Counted from the first letter of the stretch, positions 19,636 to 29,514 are shown. The stretch: DNA of 64,000 nt from an uncultured Actinomycetota bacterium (GCA_963783835.1 CAWAOX010000018.1:152435-216434), one strand, 5' to 3'. The notes: generated from the sequence alone by a model not told the origin. Program-made: numbers and translations.

Positions 19636-20719
19636 TTGTTCGATAAACCCGACAACGTCTTCCCCATCCACGCCGAGCACTCGGTGGACATGAGCTACCG
19701 GCAGGCCGGGGTGGACATCGAGGCGGGGGAGGAGGCCGTCCGCCTGATCAAGGCCGACGCCGAGAGCACCTACATCCCCGGAGTGCTTGGTTCCATCGGG
19801 GGCTTCGCCGGGATGTTCCAGCTTCCCAGCGGCCTGCAGGAGCCCGTGCTGGTGACGTCCACCGACGGCGTCGGCACCAAGCTGCTGCTCGCGCAGGAGA
19901 CCGGCCGTCTCGACACCATCGGCATCGACCTGGTGGCGATGTCGGTAAACGACGTCCTCACGGTCGGGGCCCGTCCCATCCTCTTCCTCGACTACGTCGC
20001 CGTCGGCCGGCTGCTGCCCGCCGAGATGGCGCGTATCGTGGCCGGCGTGGCCGAAGGCTGCCGCCAGGCGGGGTGCGCGCTCGTCGGCGGGGAGATGGCC
20101 GAGATGCCCGGGCTCTACTCTCCGGGGGAATTCGATGTGGCCGGTTTCTGCGTCGGTCTGGCGGAGCGGAGCAAGCTGATCGACGGCTCCACCGTCCAGG
20201 AGGGCGACGCGGTCCTGGGCCTCGCTTCCAGCGGCTTCCATTCCAACGGCTACTCGCTGGTCCGGAAAGTGCTCGAGGTCAACGACCTGCAACCGGGAGA
20301 CCGCTTCCCCGCACATGACGGAGACGATCGCCGACAGCCTCCTGCAGCCCACGCGCATCTACGTCCGCAGCGTGCTGCGGCTGCTCGACGGAGGTGTTCC
20401 GGTCAGGGCGATGGCGCACATAACCGGGGGCGGCATGATCGGGAACCTATCCCGGGTCATCCCCGACGGCCTTTCTGCCCGCCTCCACTTCAGTCATTGG
20501 AAGATCCCGCCGATGTTCAGGGCTATCCAGCATCTGGGCGACATCGCCGACGAGGAGATGTTCGCCACTTTCAACATGGGCGTCGGCTACGTTCTGATCG
20601 TCCCCGAGACTTCGTCGTCGGGCGCCCGGGACTTATTGACTCAGGGGGGCGAAGAGGTGATCGAGTTGGGCGAGATAGCCACCGGTCCGGCCAAGGTGAC
20701 GCTGGGAGGTCTGCTGTGA
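19636..20719 (+). CDS. purM: AIR synthetase; apparent frameshift near 20300-20317
   Basis: The N-terminal frame gives [21 protein letters not shown]...DYVAVGRL. The frame changes at ccccgcacatg. The C-terminal frame gives [20 protein letters not shown]...[11 protein letters not shown]...[10 protein letters not shown] (ORF 20315..20719). The 627-aa track ORF is an artefact that merges purM 5' with purN. Confidence 0.85.
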
Positions 20720-21519
20720 CGGCGGGGCCTGACAGCGACGGCGCGGGCGTCGGCGGAGCGGCCGCCGCGGCGCCGGGGGAAGAGCCGATCTTCCGCATCG
20801 CCGTCCTGGCGTCGGGGAGCGGCTCCAACCTTCAGGCGATAATCGATCGAGTGCACCGCTCGCGGTTCGAGGTGTTCGACACCGGTGAGGACGTGGCGTA
20901 TGGCGACGAGGTGGCCCGACGCCAGGACGAGCAGCCGGCCGGTGACGCGCCGGTCGGGCCGGCCGAGGCTGGAGAGCCCGGCTTGCCGCGGATCGAGATC
21001 ATCCTCGTCATCAGCGACATAGCCGGAGCCCGAGCCATCGAGCGCGCGGAGCGGGCAGGCATCCGCACCGCGGTCATCCCGGTGCGCGACTTCAAGGATC
21101 GGGACGAGCACGACCTTGCCCTCGTCACCAGGCTCTGCGAAGCGGAGCCCGACTTGGTGGTGCTCGCCGGATACATGCGCATCGTGTCGCCCGCGGTGCT
21201 CAAGGCCTTCCCCTGGCGGGTGATAAACCTGCATCCCGCGCTTCTGCCGGCCTTTCCGGGGACGCACTCCATCAGCGACGCGGTCCGCTACGGGGTCAAG
21301 GTGACAGGGGTGACGGTCCATTTCGTCGACCCGGGTGTCGACACCGGCCCCGTGATCGCGCAGGAGGCGGTGCGGGTGGAGGACGGGGACACCCCGGAGA
21401 CTCTGGCGGCGCGCATCCACGAGGTGGAGCACCGGTTGCTCCCGGCGACCATCCGTCTCATCGCGGCGGGGCGGGTGAAGCCGCCGCTTCCGGGAAGCCG
21501 GGTAGTGCAGGTAGACTGA
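20716..21519 (+). CDS. purN: GAR formyltransferase
   Basis: GTG start in a GTGA overlap with the purM stop. [17 protein letters not shown]...AGYMRIVS...[13 protein letters not shown] (PurN motifs). A ~50-aa acidic insertion follows the first beta-strand. Confidence 0.85.
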   Translation: MTAGPDSDGAGVGGAAAAAPGEEPIFRIAVLASGSGSNLQAIIDRVHRSRFEVFDTGEDVAYGDEVARRQDEQPAGDAPVGPAEAGEPGLPRIEIILVISDIAGARAIERAERAGIRTAVIPVRDFKDRDEHDLALVTRLCEAEPDLVVLAGYMRIVSPAVLKAFPWRVINLHPALLPAFPGTHSISDAVRYGVKVTGVTVHFVDPGVDTGPVIAQEAVRVEDGDTPETLAARIHEVEHRLLPATIRLIAAGRVKPPLPGSRVVQVD

Positions 21520-21556
21520 GGGACGAGTGAGGACGGAACGAGGGAGGTAGGAGACG

Positions 21557-23095
21557 GTGAAGGTCGCACGGGCGCTGGTTTCGGTATCGGATAAAAAGGA
21601 TCTCGAGTCCTTTGTGCGTGGCCTGGTCGAGCTGGGGATCGAAGTGATCTCCACGGGAGGTACGGCCCGCCACCTCAAGGAGGCCGGGCTGCCGATCACC
21701 GGGATCTCCCAGGTCACCGGGTTCCCCGAGATCATGGACGGACGGGTCAAGACGCTGCATCCCGCTATCCACGGCGGCATTCTCGCCGACCGGGATCGTC
21801 CCAGTCACATGAAGGCCATCGCCGAACTGGGCATCAAGCCCATCGACCTGGTGGTCGTCAACCTCTACCCGTTCGAGGCGACCGTGGCCCAGCGCGGGGT
21901 GAGCGAAGAAGAGGCGATCGAGAACATCGACATCGGCGGCCCCACGATGGTCCGCGCCGCGGCGAAGAACTTCGGCGGCGTGGGTATCGTCACCGACCCG
22001 GCGGACTACGCCCCGGTGCTGGACGAGCTCCAGGCGAACAAGGCCGAGCTGTCGTACGAGACCCGGCGCAAGCTGGCTGCGAAGGCCTTCCATCACACCG
22101 CTCACTACGACTCGGCCATCGCCACTTGGTTCGGGGAACGGGACGCCGATTTCCCCGAATATCTGATGCTCGATCTGGCAAAGGTCAGCGACCTGCGCTA
22201 CGGGGAGAACCCCCACCAAAGGGCGGCCTGGTACGCGTCGGTGGGTGCCGACGGCGAATCGGCGGGGGCGTTGGAGCAACTGCACGGACAGCGGATGTCC
22301 TTCAACAACCTGCTGGATCTCGATGCCGCGCGGCGGTGCCTGGACGAGTTCACCCTGCCCTGCTCGGTGATCGTCAAGCACAACAACCCGTGCGGGGTGG
22401 CGGTGGCCGAGAGCGCGACTACCGCGTACGAGAAGGCTCTCTCCTGCGATCCGGTGTCGGCGTTCGGGGGCGTGATCGCTATCAACCGGGTGGTCGACGA
22501 AGCCCTCGCCCGGCTGCTCTCCACCAACTTCGTCGAGGTGCTGTGGGCGCCAGGGTACACCGAAGAGGCCATGGAGATCCTGACGCTCAAGAAGGACATC
22601 CGCATACTCACCGGCCAGGTCAACCGCGACACCTGCGGCACCTTCGACATGAAGCGGGTGTACGGCGGCATGCTCATCCAGGACTGGGACTGCGAGGTCG
22701 ACCAGCGCGACAACATGCACGTCGTCACCTCCCGGCATCCGACCGAAGAGGAGTGGGGCGATCTGCTCTTCGCCTGGCGGGTGTCGAAGCACACGAAGTC
22801 GAACGCCATCATCCTGGTCAAGGACCTCATGACGATCGGCGTCGGTGCAGGGCAGATGAGCCGGGTAGATTCGGCCAACCTCGCCGTGAGCCGGGCCCGC
22901 TTCCCGCTGGCGGGATCGGCCGTCGCCTCAGACGCCTTCTTCCCGTTCCCGGATGCCCTGGAAGTAGCGGTGAACGCCGGAGCCACCTGCGTGATCCACC
23001 CCGGAGGCTCCATCCGCGACGACCAGTCGCTGGCTCTGGCGGAGGCTCGGGGGATGGCCATGGTGGTCACCGGGCGTCGCCACTTCCGGCACTAA
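21557..23095 (+). CDS. purH: Bifunctional AICAR transformylase / IMP cyclohydrolase
   Basis: MKVARALVSVSDKKDLESFVRGLVELGIEVISTGGTA (MGS-like N-domain) plus AICARFT domain. GTG start after GGAGGTAGGAG. Confidence 0.92.
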   Translation: MKVARALVSVSDKKDLESFVRGLVELGIEVISTGGTARHLKEAGLPITGISQVTGFPEIMDGRVKTLHPAIHGGILADRDRPSHMKAIAELGIKPIDLVVVNLYPFEATVAQRGVSEEEAIENIDIGGPTMVRAAAKNFGGVGIVTDPADYAPVLDELQANKAELSYETRRKLAAKAFHHTAHYDSAIATWFGERDADFPEYLMLDLAKVSDLRYGENPHQRAAWYASVGADGESAGALEQLHGQRMSFNNLLDLDAARRCLDEFTLPCSVIVKHNNPCGVAVAESATTAYEKALSCDPVSAFGGVIAINRVVDEALARLLSTNFVEVLWAPGYTEEAMEILTLKKDIRILTGQVNRDTCGTFDMKRVYGGMLIQDWDCEVDQRDNMHVVTSRHPTEEEWGDLLFAWRVSKHTKSNAIILVKDLMTIGVGAGQMSRVDSANLAVSRARFPLAGSAVASDAFFPFPDALEVAVNAGATCVIHPGGSIRDDQSLALAEARGMAMVVTGRRHFRH

Positions 23096-23100
23096 GAGTG

Positions 23101-23178
23101 CAAGGGGGCGCAGGGGTCCCTTCCGGCTGCGCACAAAAGCCTGTGCGACTCCTCCCTCGGACCCCTGCGCCCCCTTGG
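23101..23178. terminator. Perfect 19-bp-stem hairpin (with nested inner hairpin) downstream of purH and of the convergent amidohydrolase gene
   Basis: caagggggcgcaggggtcc ... ggacccctgcgcccccttg. The loop contains cgcaca-aaagcc-tgtgcg. No U-tract. Likely a bidirectional factor-independent-type terminator in a GC-rich genome. Confidence 0.5.
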
Positions 23179-23212
23179 CCCTTGCTGTCAGCAGCATCGC
23201 CCGCTTCCGCGG

Positions 23213-23327
23213 TGGTTGGGCCGGCTTCGCAGGCCTTTCGCTGCGGCGGCTTGCTTGCTCGCCGCTTCGGTGCGGCTTCGCTTCGCTGGCCGCTTCCGCT
23301 TGGCGGCTTCGCTTCGCTGGCCGCTGT
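23213..23327. repeat. Degenerate ~31-bp tandem repeat (gcggcttcgcttcgctggccgct x2 plus partial copies)
   Basis: Exact 23-bp copies at 23272-23294 and 23303-23325. Related ggcttcgc motifs occur upstream. Located between the purH terminator hairpin and the amidohydrolase stop. Confidence 0.6.
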
Positions 23328-23328
23328 C

Positions 23329-24351
23329 TTACAGGTCCATCCCGATTGAGGCCGCGGTGCTCCAGTACAGCTGCTCCTTTTCGGCGTCGCTCATCGGCTG
23401 GGCTTCTAGGAAGTCGGTGCACATCTTCATGTCCTCGAAGGGGTAGTCGCTGCCTATGACCATCCGGCCCGCGCCCATGGCCGTCACCGTGCAGGCGAAG
23501 GCCGCGGAGGAGTAGTTGCCGCTCGTCGAGGCCAGGAAGTTGTCGCGCAGGTACTCGCTGGGCATCCGTTTGAGCACGGGCGCCACCGCGGGGTCGGGGC
23601 GCACGTGGCCCTGGATGTAGGGGCGGTCGACCCGGTCGAACATGAACGGCAGGCCTTCGGCGTAGTGGCCGAGGATGATCTGCAGCTTCGGGAACGCGTC
23701 GAAGACGCCGCCGATGATCAGACGCATGGCCACGAGAGCGGTCTCGGCCCCGAAACCGAAGCTTGGCCCTGCCAGGGCCATGCCATAGGTCTGAAACTCC
23801 TTGATGATCGGCCAGGTGGGGTGGAGGTAGACGGGCACACCCAGCTCCTCCGCCTTGGCGAGCACCGGCCAGTAGCGCTTCTCGTCGATGTACGAGTCAC
23901 CGAAGTTCGAGTGCGTGTTCCAGCCCCGGAAACCAAGGTCTTTGACGCACCTCTCGAGCTCCTTGGCCGCCGCGTGGGCATCCTTTGGGGCCAGCGTGGC
24001 GTAGCCCAGATAACGGTCCGGATGCCTGTCGATCGCCTCCGCCAGAGCATCGTTCGTCGCCTTGGCGATCTTCGTCCCCAGCGAGGGCTCGAAGGGCTCG
24101 GTGCCCGGGGCGGCCAGGGAGAGGACGGTCACGTCGATGCCTGCTTCGTCCAGTAGCGCGATGCGTCCCTCGTCGAGGTCGAGGAGCCTGTCGAGCAGCC
24201 GATAGCCCAGGTAAGAGCCGGGTGCAGGATGCATCCGATACTTCGTGTCCGGGTCATCGGTGAGCCGGGGATAGCCATCGCCGTTCTTGCGCAGCGCGTC
24301 GACCCAGGCCTCGGACGCGAAATGGTTCTCGGTATCGATCCTCTTGATCAC
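23329..24351 (-). CDS. Amidohydrolase-2 family protein (ACMSD-like metal-dependent decarboxylase/hydrolase)
   Basis: 340 aa with overall similarity to the PF04909-type TIM-barrel family (VYLHPTWPI...GHYAEGLP...GSDYPFED). Confidence 0.75.
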   Translation of the reverse strand: MIKRIDTENHFASEAWVDALRKNGDGYPRLTDDPDTKYRMHPAPGSYLGYRLLDRLLDLDEGRIALLDEAGIDVTVLSLAAPGTEPFEPSLGTKIAKATNDALAEAIDRHPDRYLGYATLAPKDAHAAAKELERCVKDLGFRGWNTHSNFGDSYIDEKRYWPVLAKAEELGVPVYLHPTWPIIKEFQTYGMALAGPSFGFGAETALVAMRLIIGGVFDAFPKLQIILGHYAEGLPFMFDRVDRPYIQGHVRPDPAVAPVLKRMPSEYLRDNFLASTSGNYSSAAFACTVTAMGAGRMVIGSDYPFEDMKMCTDFLEAQPMSDAEKEQLYWSTAASIGMDL

Positions 24352-24391
24352 GACGGGTGCCCCCTTTGCGCGACGTACGGACCGGCCGAGA

Positions 24392-25121
24392 CTACCTCAT
24401 GACCATCCGGTCGAGCAACCCGAAGAGCAGTTCCCGGCAGGCGTCAAAGGGGGCTTCGGGGGCGAGGAGAGCCTCACGCGGCGATACCCAGGGCCTGCCA
24501 GCCATACCCTGGGAGCGGCCGGGCAGATCCCCGCCGGCGACCTGCACGAGTTCCTCCAGCGTCTCCCGGGTCTCCTCCAGATGGAACTGCAGCCCAATGA
24601 CCCGCCCGCCGTCGAAGGTGAAGGCCTGGTTCGGGACGGCCTCGGAGAACGCCGCGTGCGTGGCGCCAGGCGGGATCGAAAAGGTATCCCCGTGCCATTG
24701 GAGGGTGGTGAAGCGATCGGGGAAGTGGGCAAAGACCTCCAGCCCGCGCCCAGCCTCGGTGAGTTCCACCGGGTGCCAGCCGATCTCCTCGTAGGGAGCC
24801 CGTGTCACTTCGCCCCCCAGCACATCTGCGATGAGTTGCGCCCCCAGGCAGACACCGAGTACGGCCTTTCCCCTTGAGATGCAGGCGCGGATGAGGTCCT
24901 TCTCGCCGGCAAGCCACGGGTACTCGTCATCCTCGTAGACGTTCATCGGCCCGCCCATGATGACGAGCAGATCGACGCTGTCCGGTTCGGGCAGTTTGGC
25001 GGCTCCCGATCGGCTCGGCGAACATCAGCGTTCCCGAGAGTTCGTGCCCCCGGGCGCCAGTCCACTCTTGGATGAGGCCGACGCCCTCGTACGGGACATG
25101 CTGAAGGTAGTGCGTCTTCAC
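24392..25121 (-). CDS. Class-I glutamine amidotransferase-like protein; apparent frameshift near 24975-24995
   Basis: N-terminal piece MKTHYLQHVPYEGVGLIQEWTGARGHEL (ORF 24927..25121). C-terminal piece ...LLVIMGGPMNVYEDDEYPWL...GVCLGAQL (catalytic Cys)... in the other frame (ORF 24392..24958). Confidence 0.7.
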
Positions 25122-25130
25122 GCGGAGAGT

Positions 25131-26168
25131 CTACTCCAGCTCGAGGTCGACCCTTCGCTGGGGACTTACCCGTTCGGTCCGGCGGCCCTCCCGTTCAGCG
25201 CGGCGCACCTCCCGAGCCTCGAGGACCAGCCGCCGGTCGTCGATCTCGAACTCCCGCTCTGCAGCCCGCATGGCCCGCATCTTGGTCCGCGCGTTCCGAA
25301 CGACGTTCTTGTAGTAGTTGAAGTGCCAGCCCATGTGGAAGAGCGAGATGAGCGTCATGGCTATCCCCGCCTCCACGTGCCAGAACAGGAGGTCGATCGG
25401 CATGGTGAACGGCAGGGGGTAGTCGAGCTGGATGGTCAGGATCAGGCCGAAGATGCCCGTTACCAGGAAGGTGGCGAGGAGGAGCACGTTCCAGATCTTC
25501 CGATGGGTCGCGATCCGGATCCGCCTGGTCTTGTAGAGGAAGAAGCTCACCCCGTAGATGAGGAAGAAGCCGAGAGCGATAGGGCTCACGAGGTAGTGGG
25601 TGATGAAGGTGGCCCCCCTCGCCCCCTGTGCGACGGCGGCCGATGTGGCCTCGGCCGCCGGTACGGTGCCGTTGGTTGCCGTGCCGTCTGCCGCCACGAT
25701 CAACTCGCCGCCGCCCGAGGACGGGGTGGTGGTAGAGGTGGTTGCCGCCGAGTCCCCGGTGAGTAGTACAGCGGCGCCCCCGCCGGCCGCGGCCAAAGTG
25801 GCCGTGGAGGCGTCGCTGGAGTTGTCCACTGTGGCGGTGACGCCGATGCCGAGGCAGGCGCCGCAACCGGCGCACGGGCCCAGCGGGCAGTCACCGGTCG
25901 GAGGCTCGCCCGCGGTGGTGGTAGTGACGGCTAGAGCCGTGGTCGTCGTCGTGTCGGCCGGCTTCGATTGGGACAGGTCGCAGATCCCGTCGCCGTCGGT
26001 GTCCTCGTAAAGTCGGCAGACGCCCGGGTAAGGATCGTTCACGATACAGCGGGGGCAATCGTCCCAGGCGAGGGCGCCCGACGGGAACCCCAGACCGTAG
26101 ACAAAGCCGAAAAGGGCCAGACTGACGATGGTTGCCAGGACAGCGATCTTCCTCTTGCGACTGCTCAT
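25131..26168 (-). CDS. Cys-rich, Thr/Ala-rich membrane protein with C-terminal 4-TM His-containing domain (DUF4405-like?)
   Basis: Signal/TM segment, Cys motifs DCPRC...CRLYEDTDGDGIC and GDCPLGPCAGCGAC, a long T/A/S/G low-complexity linker, then a TM bundle with conserved His (ATHRKIWNVLLLATFLVTG...WHVEAGIAMTLISLFHMGWH). Confidence 0.6.
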   Translation of the reverse strand: MSSRKRKIAVLATIVSLALFGFVYGLGFPSGALAWDDCPRCIVNDPYPGVCRLYEDTDGDGICDLSQSKPADTTTTTALAVTTTTAGEPPTGDCPLGPCAGCGACLGIGVTATVDNSSDASTATLAAAGGGAAVLLTGDSAATTSTTTPSSGGGELIVAADGTATNGTVPAAEATSAAVAQGARGATFITHYLVSPIALGFFLIYGVSFFLYKTRRIRIATHRKIWNVLLLATFLVTGIFGLILTIQLDYPLPFTMPIDLLFWHVEAGIAMTLISLFHMGWHFNYYKNVVRNARTKMRAMRAAEREFEIDDRRLVLEAREVRRAEREGRRTERVSPQRRVDLELE

Positions 26169-26555
26169 GTATCCGAACCTTTGCTTCGGGGGCCGCCCCC
26201 TCGCGCTTGCCCGAGCAACACGGCTGGCGTTTGGAGGCGTCGACCCTGGTTGACGGTTTGAATCGTACCGAGTGGGGCGTAAGGCTTACGTAAGACCGCA
26301 GTCTCAGGCTCGCGCCGCCTCTCTTGGTCCGCTCGTCCAACGTCGGCACGGGCCGACGCGATCAGTATGGGGGCGCCACGATACGCAGCGGTAAAGAGGA
26401 GATGACGATCCTGTAATCCGAACGACCGCCACGCCCTGTCGCTGGGGGACGCCCTGGCGCCCGCCGGCCTCGCTCATGTGCGGTGCCGGCCGGCGGCTCG
26501 ACATCACCGCGGGGCGTGGCTGGGGGCACGGGCGCGGCAGTTGCCGCCGTCTTCG

Positions 26556-26584
26556 TTGACACTGGGAGAGGCTAGGGCTACAAT
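26556..26584 (+). promoter_or_regulatory. Sigma70-type promoter for tRNA-Lys (TTGACA-17 nt-TACAAT)
   Basis: TTGACA at 26556-26561, a 17-nt spacer, TACAAT at 26579-26584. The tRNA 5' end is 17 nt downstream. Confidence 0.6.
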
Positions 26585-26600
26585 CCAAAGCCTCCTACGT

Positions 26601-26673
26601 GGGCCGTTAGCTCAGTTGGTAGAGCACCGGACTTTTAATCCGATGGTCGATGGTTCGAGTCCATCACGGCTCA
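26601..26673 (+). tRNA. tRNA-Lys (anticodon UUU), no encoded CCA
   Basis: Cloverleaf: acceptor gggccgt/acggctc (one G-U), D-arm gctc-agttggta-gagc, anticodon loop cTTTTaa, T-arm gatgg-ttcgagt-ccatc. A C27:A43 mismatch at the top of the anticodon stem. Confidence 0.85.
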
Positions 26674-26678
26674 TTAGG

Positions 26679-26706
26679 AAAGCCCCGCATTTGCGGGGCT
26701 TTTTCT
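26679..26706 (+). terminator. Intrinsic terminator after tRNA-Lys
   Basis: aaagccccgcatttgcggggcttttt (GC stem plus T-run) immediately 3' of the tRNA. Confidence 0.8.
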
Positions 26707-26954
26707 TGCGTCTTGAGGGACCGCTGCAGGCCGCGACGGGGGCCGGGACGCGCGCAGAATGTACACGGAATGCTGTGCGGTCCCGGTAGATATTTGACAC
26801 TGTGGCTCCGGTAGGTGTGTTCCACTTCGGGACGCGGCTCCGGTACCTGGGCGACAGTGGCTCCGGTACCTATGTGACACTTCGAGAGGACTTTGCCTCC
26901 CGGCTCCACACCAGATAGCAGGAGAAATCCGGCTATCTGGGGAGGGCAGACACC

Positions 26955-27567
26955 GTGCTTGTGGAGCTGGGACTGGTGGAACAACGGCACAAAGCCGTGC
27001 TCGAAGTGCTGGCGGGAGCCACGATCAGCGACGTGGCCATGAGGAACGGGGTCACCCGGCAGACGGTCCATCGCTGGCTGAGACGCTATGCCCGGTCGGG
27101 CTCGCCGGTCTCGTCGATCACTCCTCACGCCCGGCCAGGTGCCCGCACCAGATGGCCCCGGAGATCGAGGCCCGCGTCCTCGAACTTCGGGAGGCCCATC
27201 CCGGCTGGGGCCCGCGCACCCTGCGCCATCAGCTCGATCGCGAAGGTGTGGTCCCTCTTCCCGGGCGCTCCTCCATCTATCGCCTCTTGGTCCGTCACGG
27301 CCTGGTGGATCCTCAGAAGCGAAGACGCAAGCGGGAGGACTATAGCCGCTGGGAACGCAGCCGCTCCATGGAACTCTGGCAGATGGACATCATGGGCGGG
27401 GTGAAGCTGAAGGCGGGGCCGAACTCAAGATGATCACCGGACTCGACGACCACTCCCGCTTCTGCGTCTCCGCGCTCCTTGTGCCTCGGGCCACGGCCCG
27501 CCCGGTCTGTGAAGCTCTGGCGCTGGCCATGCGCCGCCACGGCGTCCCCGACCAGATCCTCACGGCG
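26955..27567 (+). pseudogene. IS481-family transposase, N-terminal 2/3 (HTH + start of DDE core), two frameshifts, truncated by the IS110 insertion after ...GVPDQILT
   Basis: Three frames: HTH ...TISDVAMRNGVTRQTVHRWLRRYARSG; MAPEIEARVLELREAHPGWGPRTLRHQL...ELWQMDIMGG; ITGLDDHSRFCVSALLVPRATARPVCEAL...GVPDQILT. Confidence 0.7.
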
Positions 27568-29140
27568 TGCTATGAGAGTTTTGTCAATTCCCCGTCTTGG
27601 GCTATCGGGCCGTTGGGCGTCCAATCGAGTGGAACATTCGGGATGGTCCGCGTGCGGACTTCCCATCGTGCTCGTCGGACTTCTTGCCCGAGGGAGCGAG
27701 GGTGGCCAAGCGGTCGCGACGAGCTGACATCACTCGATATCGCCCACGACAACGGACGACCTCTTCCTCTCTCCGGTATTAGCCGAAGCCCTCGGGAAAC
27801 TGCCAAGCGACGAGAGCGACTCCTTTCCACGCATGCTCCGCGTCAAAGGTCTCTCGCCGCTTCATAACCGCGAACGCGTAAAGCAGCAGCTTGTTCATGC
27901 AGGCGCCGAAGGCTTACGGTCCCGACCAAGGGCCGGTCTGGCCGCTGGATGAGCCGGTCGAAGTGGGCCCGGATCCGAGGGTTGTGCTGCAGACGGGACA
28001 GGGTGGCCATATAGAGGACCTGGCGCAGCCCCGACCGACCTCGGTGGGTCATGCCCTGTTTTCGACCGATCCGCTGCCCGGTGTCATGCCGGGAAGGATC
28101 GGTGCCCGCGAGCTTGATGAGCTGTCTGCCGTGGCGATACTTGTCGATCGAGCCCACATGGGCAAGGATGCCAGCGGCAGACGACCAAGCGAGGCCGGGG
28201 ATGCTGAGCAGATAGCGACTTTCCTCCACAACTGCAAGCACCTTCTGGATCTCATGGGCGAGCGCGTCAATCTGATCGCTCAGGAGATCGACGCGCCCAA
28301 CCAGACGAGCAAGTTCCCGGACCAGAGGGCCCAGAGCAGCCGCGGGGACCACCGTGCGCTGCGCCCTTTCATGAACAGCCATGAGCTTGAACCGCCAGAG
28401 CCGGCGACCCCGACTGGCGGCTTTTACCTGCGAATGAAGTCATTCACGGGAAGAGCCGCAATCTCCTGGGGAGTGAGGCCGAGCCTAAGGACAGCCACAC
28501 ACCCTGGGGCGAGAAGATCCGTCCAGACCGAACGCAGCTCCGGGGAAGACCCCATAGAGCTGATGGCTAAGCAGCGTCTTTAAGCGGGCCCGCTCCTCAC
28601 GCAGGCGGGCATATTCGCCCAGGATCGACGGAGTGGATCAGGGGCCAGCTTCCACCTTGGTTTCGGTGACCAGGTCGTTGCGCACAAGTTCGGCTATCTG
28701 TTCGGCGTCAGAAATATCGGTCTTGTGCCGGTTCATCTGCCGAGCTTCGCGCAGGCGGAAGGTGGCGAGAGGATTCACGATGACGTACTCCTCGCCGCGG
28801 GCTTCCAGATAGTGGGCCAGAGCCTCCCACACGTGTCCGGTTGCCTCAAAGGCAAATACACGCCGGCCTGCTGACTGTGAGGCAAGCAGTCGGGTTCGCA
28901 TCAGAAGATCGTCGAATCCGACGAGCGAGTGGGGAACCCGAAACCGAGTGAGCCGCTCTCCCTCCATCCGGCAGATAACTGCCTGGTGCTGCTCTCCCGC
29001 CAGGTCAAGCCCCACGATGATATCCTCGGGCTCAAGGCGTAGTCTCCGGGCCATGATGGTTACCTCCTTTGGTTTGGCGCCTAAGGAATAACCCATGACG
29101 GAGATTCACACCTACTCTTATTCTTCCATAGTTCCATACT
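27564..29140 (-). mobile_element. IS110-family insertion sequence nested inside the IS481 transposase gene (boundaries inferred from the interrupted ILT|DNG codons)
   Basis: The IS481 ORF reads ...QILT up to 27563 and resumes ...ILDNGHEF at 29136. The intervening 1.58 kb encodes an IS110-type DEDD transposase on the minus strand, with an 86-bp 5' and a 279-bp 3' non-coding region. Confidence 0.65.
27843..29054 (-). pseudogene. IS110-family (DEDD) transposase, N- and C-terminal domains in different frames (frameshift(s) between 28383 and 28637)
   Basis: N-domain IVGLDLAGEQHQAV...AFEATGHVWEAL...VNPLATFRLREARQMNRHKTDISDAEQIAELVR (DEDD_Tnp_IS110), ORF 28638..29096. C-domain LLSIPGLAWSSAAGILAHVGSIDKYRHGRQLIKLAGTDPSRHDTG (Transposase_20), ORF 27843..28382. 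AGGAGG RBS 8 nt before the ATG at 29054. Confidence 0.7.
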
Positions 29141-29423
29141 CGACAACGGCCACGAGTTCCAGGCCAAGTTCCACTGGCACGTCGAGGACCAGGGCATGCG
29201 CCATACCTACATCAAGCCAAGAAGCCCGAACTTAAACGGCAAAGTGGAGCGTTCCCACCTCACTGACGAACTCGAGTTCTACCAACTCCTTGAGTACACC
29301 GACGACGTCGATCTCGCGGAGAAGCTCGCGGTCTGGGAGGAGTTCTACAACGTCCATCGGCCGCACGCTGCTCATGACGGGCGGACACCCTATGAGGTCC
29401 TCAGAGAGAAGTTGGTATCGTGA
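29136..29423 (+). pseudogene. IS481-family transposase C-terminal piece (end of rve core)
   Basis: ILDNGHEFQAKFHWHVEDQGMRHTYIKPRSPNLNGKVERSHLTDELEFYQLL...LAVWEEFYNVHRPHAAHDGRTPYEVL. Confidence 0.7.
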
Positions 29424-29514
29424 AAGTGTCAACCGAGGTCGTACAGGTCACAGTCAGAGCTCAGAACTCCTGCAGCAACCGGTTGTCTGACGCATATCCT
29501 GACCGCCGTCCGGA

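Larger units (their letters stand above)
26790..29431 (+). mobile_element. IS481-family insertion sequence (transposase disrupted by frameshifts and by a nested IS110 element); boundaries approximate
   Basis: Left end carries 3 copies of ggctccggtac(c/g) plus two tgacact motifs (26796-26882). Right end is ...tgaaagtgtca (29421-29431), i.e. TGACACTT in inverted orientation. Internal transposase pieces have IS481/rve motifs. Confidence 0.6.

Noticed and set aside
19636-21519. 627-aa ORF spanning purM through purN
   Set aside because: Artefact. After the purM frameshift near 20310 the original frame runs as non-coding (Arg/Pro-rich) until it enters the genuine purN frame. The real purM C-terminus is ORF 20315..20719 and purN starts at GTG 20716.
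26796-26882. Short direct repeats (3 x ggctccggtacc) as a possible CRISPR array
   Set aside because: Only three 13-bp copies with irregular 18-20 bp spacing and no cas genes. They lie at the terminus of an IS481-family element, and a related set occurs inverted at 59.85 kb, so they are transposase-binding terminal repeats.
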